A program made the position numbers and the translations under genes. From the NCBI RefSeq assembly GCF_009914755.1, contig NC_060935.1: DNA of 64,000 nucleotides. One strand, 5' to 3'. The notes below the pieces were generated by a model. The model did no database searches. It was not told the DNA's origin and saw only the letters and a program-made list of their open reading frames with translations. Positions 1 to 64,000 of this stretch are shown piece by piece (positions within the stretch are counted from its first letter, which is position 1; each line of letters begins with the position of its first letter). Source of the stretch: the human T2T-CHM13v2.0 reference genome, Homo sapiens.

Positions 1-780
1 AACCTATCTGCAACAGCAGATAAATAGGTCACTGAACACTGAAATAAGAGCCCTGTTGACATTTGAGTTCCTCCAGTGCCTGATGTCAGCTTTACCCCTA
101 TATGTCCGATTACAAGAAACTTTTTCCCAGTTAACAATTTTTTCCTTCTTTAAGCTAATTAGAGTTGGACTTGTCTTTTGCAAAGTGATATATGATAATC
201 AAAAGCAAGAATGTCAATGCGCCAAAGACAAGCCAGCTTGCTTGACTGCTCCCCATCTATACAGGACCGCATTCGTCACCCTGGTCCTTCCTTCTCCCCA
301 GTTTATGCTGAGAGCGTCTACACATCAGTGTAGATGGTGGCACCCAAGTCCTGAATCTTTGTTTTCACCATACTCTTCACATCATCAGCCTCTGAGTTTG
401 CCCCTTCCCTGCTAAACTGTGATGAACTCAAGGGCAGCACCTGGCAAAGCACCTGACACATGGTAACAACCAGGGATGGATGGTTGGATAGAGAAAGTCT
501 GCTGATCCCACCCAGTGTTTCCAACTTGGGAAGAAATCTTTTTACTGTAGGGCTAAATGGGGTATGTCTAGCTATTTGTCGTATTTGAGAAGTTCAATTC
601 AATCTCCTCACTGTGTCCATCAGTGAAAGAGAAAGCTTTAAGTAGAGATTTACGTTCCCTGCCCCCACCCCTGAAGAGCAACTGTTTAATCAGCTGGCTC
701 CAGATGGGGCAACTAAATGAAAGTGCTACAAATTCAGAGGTCTTCACAAGTCCATGTTACTGTAAATGAAATTTGCGTAA

Positions 781-1213
781 TTTTTTTTGAGAGACAGGGT
801 CTTGCTGTTGCCCAGGCTGCAGTACAGTGATGGGACCGTAATTCACTGCTGCCTCCAACTCCTGGGCTCAAGTGATCATCCTGCCTCAGCCTCCAGAGCA
901 GCTAGGACTACAGGTGCGCACCGTCATGCCTGGGTTTGTTTTTTGTTTTTTCCAGAGACGGGGTGGAAGGTGTCTCCATATGTTGCCCAAGCTGGTCTCA
1001 AAACTCTTGGGCTCAAGTGATCATCCTGCCTCAGCCTCCCGAGTAGCTAGGACTACAGGTGGGTGCCACTATGCACTTTTATTTTGTAGAGACAGAGGTG
1101 GAAAGTGTCTCCATATGTTGCCCAAGCTGGTCTCAAATTCCTGGGCTCAAGCATTTCTCCCACCTCAGCCTCCCAAAGTGCTGATTACAGGAGTGAGCCA
1201 CGACACCTGGCCC
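781..1213 (-). mobile_element. Old Alu (AluJ-like) with internal tandem duplication
   Basis: Antisense Alu sequence with a ~140 bp block repeated. Confidence 0.8.
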
Positions 1214-1394
1214 TTGTGCTCACTTTTAAGCAACCCTGCCAACAATAGAGCCTTCTCCAGGACTATGCTAGTAAGACACTTGTTCAGTGTCGTTTTGTAG
1301 GACAGAGAAAGCTAACTCAAACCACATTGCCACTATCCCGTCAGAAGTCTTATTCACTTTGCCAAGCCAAACTATTTCACAGAACCTCCCATAT

Positions 1395-1445
1395 TAAAAA
1401 CACAGAGAAAGAAAACACAGATAACATGGTGTTGTGATCTTTATT
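1395..1445 (-). terminator. Distal polyadenylation signal of ATL3 with GU/U-rich downstream element
   Basis: tttatt at 1440-1445 (AATAAA on minus), followed on minus by TGTTATCTGTGTTTTCTTTCTCTGTGTTTTT. Confidence 0.8.
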
Positions 1446-3045
1446 CCATTAAATGATCTTACAAATTGGAGTAAAACAGAAACATGCTTTTAATATACTA
1501 ATAGCATAATCTCATCCCATTGCACTTTTTAAAAACTATATTAAGTTTCAAAGCCACTCAAAGGCAAGGGTCTAGCAGACAGTACTTTTAACAAATCATT
1601 TTTTAAAATAAAAAAACCTGAGGAAAATTTGTGTATGTACAAGATTAGTATTAACTCCTTTAAGGCTTACATCCATGACAGCATGTATCTAATTAGAAAG
1701 CTATGGGAATCAATGCTACCTTCCCTTGCTCATAAAAACATTTAAACTGTAGTTCTGGCACACGAAATTTGCCCCAAAGAAAAATGTCTTTCAAAGCCCT
1801 TCTGTCCCTAGATCTGTTTTGCAAAGTTTCTGATATGGGGTACTTAGGTCACTAATGACAGGAATTAGGATCTTGTCTTCTTTCTTGTTCATTATTTTTA
1901 TTTGTGGCTTAATGTTTCACCTGTATGTGAAAGATTTGGGGGTTCAAGTCACAGTGCTGAATTTTACTTTTTAAAAGAAAAACTATCAAAAATTGCTTTT
2001 AAAAAATCCTAATTACATTAGAAAATAGGATACCTGTACATTCATTTTTCAGAGAAGGCACTATGACAATGGAGAAAAACAGCTTTAAAGAGCTTAGATA
2101 ATCCTCTGAATTAAAGGCATTCTTACTACTTCTGAACACAGAAAACGCCTGGGGATTGTACTGGCAAGAGACCACCTATTCTAAACCTCAGGTACAAAGT
2201 GTCCACTTGCCTCCAGACAATACTGAATTGTACTTTCTCCTTGGTACTTCCCATTCGATGAAGCAGTCTCTCTCTGTGGTCTCTGAACCACTATTTATAA
2301 AAGTGATGACTCCAGGACCACAGCCCATACCACCTGAGGCAATCCCTGGGTACAAAGCTAGGAATCTGAACTTTTTAAACAAGCCTGCTAGGTAAGTCTT
2401 ATGCACTCCAAGGTAGATGAGAACCACTACCCTAAACATAGCTACAACAGGACTTACAGCAAGAAAAACCATTTGACTGCAAATATTATTTTACAATGGG
2501 CTTCTTAATGTCATTTTTAAAAATTAATCACACAAATAGTTTGTACTTTCATAACTGAAGCTTGTCTTCATTATGCCCTTATCCCTTGACTAGAATTTTG
2601 TTAAATAAAACATATGTAAGCCAGAATGACACAGCCATGTTGACAACTTGAGATGGAAGATCAAATCATCCTAAATTACATTTCAATAGTTCCAGGAAAG
2701 AAAAAAGTCCTGTGAAGACTTCCATGTAAGTTACATCATTTTTTAAAAGAACCTAGCAAAAAATTAAAAACTGTTTTATTAAAGTTTTAATTTTTAAAAA
2801 ATTAAAAAATTAAAACTGTTTTATTGCTTTTGCATGGACTTGATTCAATCTACTTAATTTTGCTATAACTCATACATACATACATACTTATCCAAACTCA
2901 CCCTATCCAAGGCACCATTTTACAAGCCAAGTAGAACACTGTGTGTGATCCACTAATGAAACCAACCACCAGTACAAGGCAGTATTTTTGTGTGTTTGAC
3001 CAAAGCGCTTTACTTCATGTAAGAGAAAAAATAAAGCAAAACAAG

Positions 3046-3741
3046 GCCAGGTTCCAGTGGCTCACGCCTGTAATCCCAGCACCCTGGAAGGCCAAGACAG
3101 GCGGATTCCCAGAGGAGTTGAGACCAGCCTGGTCAACATGGCGAAGCCCTGTCTCTACTAAAAATACAAAAATAAGCCGGGTGTGGTGGCACATGCCTGT
3201 AATCCCTGCTACTTGGGAGGCTGAGGCAAAAGAATCACTTGAACCCAGGAGGCGGAGGTTGTAGTGAGCCAAGATTGCGCCACTGCACTTCAGCCTGGGT
3301 GACAGTACAAGAGTCCGTCTCAAAAAAAAAAAGGAATAAAGCGAAACACAGGCAATTTTACCAAGTATAAAAGAGGTGTTAAAACGTAAACTTCCATAGA
3401 ACATTTCTTGGTATACTACGAAAATAAGGCATGACTCAGCTGGGCGGGGTGGCTCATGCCTGTAATCCCAGCACTTTGGGAGGCTGGGGGGAGTGGATCA
3501 CCTGAGGTCAGGAGTTTGAGACCAGCCTGGCCAACATGGCAAAACCCCACCTCTAGTAAAAAAACAAAAATTAGCCAGGCGTGGTGGTGTACACCTGTAG
3601 TCCCAGCTACTCAGGAAGCTGAGACAGGAGAATCGCTTGAACCTGGGAGGTGGAGGTTGCAGTGAGCGAGATTGCACCACTGCACTCCAACCTGGGCGAC
3701 AGAGCGAGACCTCTGTCTCAAAAAATAAAATAAAATAAAAC
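3046..3741 (+). mobile_element. Two Alu elements (3046-3332, 3438-3741) in the ATL3 3'UTR
   Basis: Alu dimers with A tails; second has TSD aaggcatgactc. Confidence 0.92.
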
Positions 3742-5888
3742 AAGGCATGACTCTGAAGGTGTTTTATCATACATAGTAGTTTGTCTCATTTTATCTATGA
3801 GCCAATCTTACAGAAAGATTTCTCAAAGAATGAAAACTCTGATTCTACCATTTTTACTATAAGCAGCTCATTGAAATTATTTTTTCAAATTATCAACACT
3901 TAATTTATCCTGAAATATTTTAATAGAAAATTTTGGAAGCCTCCTTTTATATATTCATAGGAATGAGTTCCATATATTGTTAGGATTGTGTAAAATTAAA
4001 AATGCCTGCATGGAAAGCGGCAGAGCAACAGACACGACGCAAACAGGCACAGTCTGAGCATCTGAACCACAAGTAAAAGGTGAGAGAAGTAAAAGATATT
4101 ATTTTTAACCTGGTTATAAATCTCCCCAGGATGATTTATAGCCAGTAATGATAATGCATCTTTTATTGAAAAAGCTGATATAAAATCATCAATTTACTGT
4201 TGAGAGAAAAGAGGCCAAAGAAAACTCTTAAGAACCCTCACTGAGAAAACTTTATAAAACACTTTCCAGAAGCAGAACTAAGAAAAAAAAAAAATGGTGA
4301 AGAGGACTTCCTCTGGATAATTAAACCAAGGTCTCTTTATAAGACCAAAACAGAAATGGTGAATTTAAATAGTAACTGAATCTTAAGATTTCATTAAATC
4401 ATACATTATCACTTTTTTTAAAGTGACCTAATACTTTAGTATGAGTTTTCGACACATCACCTTCTTACCATTAAATTTTTTAAGTTATTCTGAAATCTAT
4501 AAATTTACTTATAGAATGTATTAAAAGCTAAGTATGTCAATATTTACAGAGCCTGCTAATAGGTATGAACTTTCAGAGAGATAAGAGGTCACCTGAAAAT
4601 GCACCAACATTTCAGAAGCAAGCTTTCAAGTTAACAGTCAAAGCTTGGTTGGCATCACTGATAAATGCAAGTAAACAAGCTGGAATTTTTCTAAAGTGTA
4701 ACAGCAGTGAATAAAATAGCAAGAACTATTTGCAAGATGGCATATAAATATGAAACAATATGCTGCGAATTTAGGACTTACAAAAATACTTCAGTGGTAA
4801 AGTGTCAAAAGAAAATTCTTTGATAAAGAGATTACATGCGAAAAGGGACTTTTTTTCTACCTTCCATTCATACTTCATGTATGTAAAGTTTACACTCAGA
4901 TCTTACCTTCATGTATATAAAATTTACACTCTTACCTCCCTCCCATAACAAAAGTTAAATTATCTTAGAAATTAAGGCTTATATACCTGAATGTTTATAT
5001 AAATACTTGCAGGCAAGTTTTAAGTTTTAAAATCCACAATAATTCCAAAAGGAAAAGCAACTAACAGATAAAACTTTTATCTCCTAATCAAGGTAAATAG
5101 AAAAAAAGAACTCTTAGATACTTCTAGATATTTTTTATATTTGGGTAGGACTTTGATCCTTGCTAAGGCAAAGCTATCTTAAAGCTACCAGACTAGCCAA
5201 AGTAAAATTAAATAGATAATTCACTAAATAAAATGGGTTAATTTTAGCTTCATTATTAAGAACATTAGACACGGCAGAGAATGCAAATTAACATTCTGAA
5301 TAAAGACCTTAAATCAGGTTATTAATTGCTGCTAAGCCACATGAAATTAGACATCAATTAAACGCAGTAATATTTGTATCTTCCCTCTAATCCTTAATAA
5401 AGTTCTGTTCTTATGCAGAACTCTCAAAAACAAAACCCCTCAAATGACAATTACAAGAGTTGTGTAAAACATACATACATATGTAAACCTACAGTGAACC
5501 TGACCAAGGCACAAGTTCAAGTGACTTATCAGAGGTCACATGGTTCATTTAAACTTAGCTTTTTTCTTGAAGTATCTAGCGCATTCCTTTTATTATGAGC
5601 CACTCTGGCTTTTCAAGGCACGTTTGCCTCTTTTTCTAGAAAGAAGCTATAGGGACCAAAAAAAAAAAAAAAATAGAGCAAGTTGCAACAAAACTGTCAG
5701 CCTACTGGGTAAAAACCTCACATTTCAGAGTATGGTATATTTAAATATGACATGATTTTTCCACACTATGTGGCAACAGGATTCCCTATTGTAAATTTTT
5801 TTTGAGTGTAATGACATCATTTTCAGTTAGTCTTTAGTTCTGAAGTTTCTCCAAGTTCTGTAAACTTTTAAAAAAGGAATCCTTCTTG

Positions 5889-6238
<350 letters not shown>

Positions 6239-6516
6239 TCACCCGAAAACGGCACCTTTCATGAGGTTATCCTCCATCCCCTCCCCATCGTGTGTGCAAA
6301 ACCATGGAATCAATCTTAAAAGGCACTAAGTGGCACATAAAGAACTTAAAAGCTGCATTTCCATTTTTCCTCTAGCTTCCTCCTCCATAAAGTGCACAAA
6401 GCAGAGTAATATGAAAATAGACACAGGCTTGCATCTATAACAGCAAGGAAAAGAAATGCTTCCAAGAGAAATGGAAGTGTGTTTAATAATTTGAAACCAC
6501 AGGAGAGGTCTGCTCA

Positions 6517-6522
6517 TTTATT
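6517..6522 (-). terminator. Candidate proximal poly(A) signal (others at 4162-4167, 2775-2780, 2820-2825)
   Basis: AATAAA on minus ~135 nt after the stop codon; usage cannot be shown from sequence. Confidence 0.4.
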
Positions 6523-6656
6523 ACAGGGCCATGTTTTAGCTCTTCCTGGATCGTCTCAGATCTGCCATTCCTCTGGATATGAACCTGTGGCCGTGGCAGA
6601 AACCCAGAAATCAGTAGGGGCTTGTTGTGTTCTTGTTTGATCTTCACGTTAAGATG

Positions 6657-48674
<42,018 letters not shown>

Positions 48675-49006
48675 GGAGCCTCCGCCTTCAAAGCAGAAGC
48701 AGCAGGGGTGCAGAGGAGAGGGACGGGTGCGGGCGGGAACGAACCGGGCCCTGGAAGCGGGAAACGGGCGGAGCCTGGGCTCTAGAAAAAACTAGCCAGA
48801 AGGTGGGGCACGCGGAGCCGCGACGGAGCGAGCGCAGCGCGGTCTGCGTGGCCCAACGGACAGCCCGAGGCGTGGCGAGCGCAGGACGAGGCTAGGCGAG
48901 GCGGGGCGGGAAAGCGCACGCGGCAGAATCCCGCCACCGCCTGCCGCGTGTGCGCGAAGCGAGCCGCCGGGTACCTGTTGGCGGGGCGCTGAGTGCTACC
49001 GTCCTT

Positions 49007-49117
49007 TGGGAATTGTAGTCCCGCGCTCACTGGGTCCCGGCCAGCGGTCCTCATACTGCGCACTCATCTGGGGCGGGGCTTGGCGTGGTTCTCCGACGAC
49101 TGAACTACAACTCCCAG
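49007..49117. promoter_or_regulatory. Two oppositely oriented ACTACAnnTCCCA motifs (ZNF143/THAP11-HCFC1 type)
   Basis: tgggaattgtagt at 49007-49019 (minus: ACTACAATTCCCA) and ACTACAACTCCCAG at 49104-49117 (plus). Confidence 0.75.
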
Positions 49118-49453
49118 CAGGCTGTGCGGGAAGGGGCGGGCTGGCTCGGGTCCTCCTGCGAGCTGCGGCCGGCGCCTAACGTGCAGACCAGGCCCCAGGC
49201 CGAGGCTTTATCCTGGAACCACCAGTGTGAGAGACAGCTTTGGTGTTTAACTAGGCCTGGGACCACAGGTGGGCAGAAGAGAGGCCTCAACCCTGGATGG
49301 CATGAACGTCACTGGGTCTTTAATGATTTTGACTTCATAAGGGCAGGTGGCCGTGACTTCATTACCACCTTTATTATCATCTCCCTATATTCCTGTCCCT
49401 GGCCATGGCTGATGCGCACCATCACCGCTCTGATAGCTAATGTAAGAAGTCCA

Positions 49454-57990
<8,537 letters not shown>

Positions 57991-58569
57991 CACTGACTGC
58001 GGCCTTATTCTGAATTTTTAATATCTAATTTTATCATCCCCCATAATCACAGCCAACATTTTCTTATCTCCTGGCTCTTCTTCATCAGCTCAGCATTTTT
58101 TTTCCCTCTCTAAAATATGTCGTCTCTATCTGACAGTCTATTCGGAGGAAAAGAGAACCTTAAGACCCAAGGTGGACCCTTCTCTGGCAACAGTAACGAG
58201 ATAAGAATACGAAGCAGGTTCTGCGACTGCATTGCAATGTGATTGGAATGAGTAATCGTTTTTCATTCTGTATAGCATCTTTCTCCACCTACCAAATGGG
58301 GGGCCGTGCCATCTCTGCCTCTCGGTGAGGAGATATTACGACACAGCCAGTGAGATTCACAAAGCACCTTGCAGAGTGGGCCTACTCTACACTCTGGTTT
58401 TCAGTTTTTATTGGAGTCACAGGTGGGAATGCATCAAACAAAAGATATAGGCTCTGGAATGTACGGGAAAGAGAGTTTCCATAATGGAAGCCCAAAGACA
58501 TTTCTACCGTTAAAATACATAATCTGCCGACCCTAAAACATTCACATAAAGAGGCAGGAGGGAATACTA

Positions 58570-59400
58570 TCCCGCAGCTCCACGATTAGCCGCAGTCGTG
58601 GGCGGGGATTGGGGCTTGGATACGCCTTTTGCGTCTGGTCCCCAAGGGACGCTCCCCAACCCTCGGCGCGCGAGGCGCCGCGTGAGGCCGGCTTTGCCCC
58701 TCCTTCCCTGCAAGAGCGCAGAGGAGCGGTTCTTGCGCCTGCGCCCTGCGCCGCTGCGCGCTTTGGCACCCGCTTGGGGCCCTTTGTGCGCATGCGCGCT
58801 CGCGCTCCCGCCCTCTAGCTGCGCTCGGCTGAGTCAGTCAGTCTGTCGGAGTCTGTCCTCGGAGCAGGCGGAGTAAAGGGACTTGAGCGAGCCAGTTGCC
58901 GGATTATTCTATTTCCCCTCCCTCTCTCCCGCCCCGTATCTCTTTTCACCCTTCTCCCACCCTCGCTCGCGTAGCCATGGCGGAGCCGTCGGCGGCCACT
59001 CAGTCCCATTCCATCTCCTCGTCGTCCTTCGGAGCCGAGCCGTCCGCGCCCGGCGGCGGCGGGAGCCCAGGAGCCTGCCCCGCCCTGGGGACGAAGAGCT
59101 GCAGCTCCTCCTGTGCGGGTAAGGCGCGCGGGGAGCCCCCGCCCTGGGAAAGAGGGCGAGCGGGAGCCTGGGGGCTGGGGGGATTAGGAGGCGAGGCGGG
59201 AGGAGGACGAATTACCCTCGACTACTGACGGCTTCAGCCCCCCGGGGACGAGCGTTTGGAAAATGGGCAAAGGGGAAGGGGAACGTAAGGTTGTGCAGGC
59301 GGTGAGGAAATAGCGGGGTGTGAGGAAAACAGGTTGGGGGCGGGGAGATAGTCCAGTGGGCGTTAACGCCAAGACTGGGCAGGTGGGGAAAAATACCAGC
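58570..59400. promoter_or_regulatory. CpG island / RTN3 promoter with NRF1 site, AP-1/ARE-like site and GC boxes
   Basis: TGCGCATGCGC at 58787-58797; GCTGAGTCA at 58828-58836; GGGCGGGG near 58600; Inr-like TCAGTC repeats at ~58834-58843. Confidence 0.85.
58977..59118 (+). CDS. RTN3: Reticulon-3 coding exon 1 ([47 protein letters not shown] + G); gene continues beyond the window
   Basis: Strong Kozak GCCATGG; recognisable RTN3 N-terminus; donor CGG|GTAAGG at 59119; 142 nt. Confidence 0.96.
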
Positions 59401-61173
59401 TCGTGGGATAAAATGGAGAGTTGCTCGATGCATATGGTGAACCTGGGTGATTTAGTGAGGATTAGAGAGATTGAAAGGATACGGGCAGGTGGGTGGTGGG
59501 AGAAACAATTTGTTACTATTTTTGAGGGGATGGTGGTGAAAGGGTTGCATTGCAGGTTTGCAGACAGGTGTTGACATAATCAAGCATTCATGATAGTCCT
59601 CCAAAATATTTTTGGCTGCCCATGGGAAGGATGAGGAAGTTTAATGGAAGCATTGTAGCCTGTTTTTTTTGTTTGTTTGTTTTGTTTTTACTGTTTTCGG
59701 CTAGACTCCATGAATGCCGGATTTTTCTGAGGCTCCGAGGTAGAAGGAGGCGTGATGAGAATAGCTCAGGGAAGATTTGGGAGGGAGCTGCTAATGGTCC
59801 AAGATGGATCCGTGGCTGCATCTGCAACAGCCTGCTCTTCCCTGGCGCTGCGTGGGGGTGGGGACACGCAATCAGTCGCTTATATTCTAGAAAATAGAGT
59901 CATGCTAAGCTATCAACATGTTTTGATTTCATGTTTTCTGTGGGCTACTATTGATCGAAGTATAACAAAGGGGGGTGTTTATTGCAGAAAGGGGGAGGGG
60001 GAGAACATTCAGACAAAGCAAGGGCTGGTTGAGTCCCCTTCTCCCATCTCTGTGAAAGACTAAGAACGAAGCTGCAGACCTCCTTTAGTTTGCATTGTAT
60101 ACGCGTCTGCCTGCTGGTAAGAGCTGCCTGGCAAGCTCCCCTTATGCAGAAATCTGCAGTGCAGATGCCTTCTTAAGGGGGGAAAAAAAAACCACCATGG
60201 GCAGGTGGTAGTTCTCAAAGGAACGGAGTCTTTGAAGGGAAAAAAAATGCCTTTTGTCAAAGGCAGGGCCGTAAATTCGGGAGAGTAGAGATAATTTTGC
60301 TCTCTATTTAGTTATGTTAAAGGATTTTGATCATTTTTTTTTAATGCTTCGTTGTCTCCTTTGGCAGAATCTTGGGTTCTAAAGAAAAAATTTCTGATCT
60401 TAACCTTAAATGTATTATTCTCTACGTGTTTTTCTAGCAGTGAATTTTCACCTGTCTGAGAGCTTTGGAGCCCTGTTGGATTTTTTCAGTGTGGTTATGG
60501 CCATTTCAGTAGAAACAGGCAGTATCAGGAAGCTTTTGCAGATAAAAGAATGAGGCAGCAAATTTAGAACCCTGTCTCCTTTAAACCACCAGCCTTTTCT
60601 CCAAATTTTTGTGTTCTGGGCTAAGGTCCAGATGAACAGCGACTTCCTTATAACTTAGCAACTTGATCTTTTTGCTTTAATCACTTGTCATTGCTTACTG
60701 TTTGGTAGGCCCTTTTGTACTTACCTTTTGGGTTTTCTTGATTTTTCATTTTTGATTCAGACCTAAGTTTTAGAAATTTGGCTCTGTAAGCTCAAGATAA
60801 GACAGATGTTAAGTGTTGAAGAGTCATTTTAGTTAGCAGATTTGAAAATTTAGTCCTAGTTTGTTTATAACTAAATGGTGAAATCATTTGAGATTCAACT
60901 TTTTCATTCTTTTAATGCACTTATGGAAGAACTGGCCTAGTAGGCCAATGAAATAAGAGTATTTTGTTCACAGACACACAGGCATACCACAACCTAATTG
61001 GCACCTAAATTGGCAATACGAATTTAATGACATAACATATTTCTGTTTGGCTTACCTTTTTTTATGTCATCTACCCTTGTCACAATTTTTATCTATTTAT
61101 TGTGTATTTTTTGCACTTCTCTTTATAATAGTGGAAAAGGTGCTGAAATTATGTGTTTTGTCGAAAGTAGTAG

Positions 61174-64000
<2,827 letters not shown>

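Noticed and set aside
56-524. ORFs 56..415 (+) and 318..524 (-)
   Set aside because: Non-ATG starts, no recognisable protein family and no splice support; probably intergenic or old repeat sequence
2156-2472. Overlapping ORFs in the 3'UTR, including a hydrophobic 94 aa minus-strand ORF
   Set aside because: No homology recognised and length is within chance range; would need Ribo-seq or conservation support

Overview
Primate (human-like) Alu-dense genomic DNA, not prokaryotic. The window holds the complete ATL3 (atlastin-3) gene on the minus strand: 13 coding exons, all GT-AG, summing to 1626 nt (541 aa + TAG), with a ~5.2 kb 3'UTR ending near position 1420. RTN3 (reticulon-3) starts divergently on the plus strand about 10.3 kb upstream; only its promoter, exon 1 and the start of intron 1 are in the window. 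An IMMP1L processed pseudogene lies antisense in ATL3 intron 11. There are two CpG islands and many Alu, L1, L2, MIR, MLT1 and MER elements. Most ORFs in the supplied track are Alu or CpG-island artefacts. I found no wholly new gene system. The main second-look items are: a dense miR-124 and miR-17~92 site array lying distal to a proximal poly(A) signal in the ATL3 3'UTR; a splice-acceptor-like element just before the RTN3 AUG that could link the ATL3 promoter to RTN3; and several small retrotransposition or rearrangement scars (poly(A)-only insertion, retroposed LTR-type 3' end, tiny L1PA with possible transduction, ~340 bp inversion, Alu fold-back hairpin, 98 bp tandem duplication). Gene and repeat names come from sequence recognition without database searches; repeat boundaries are approximate.
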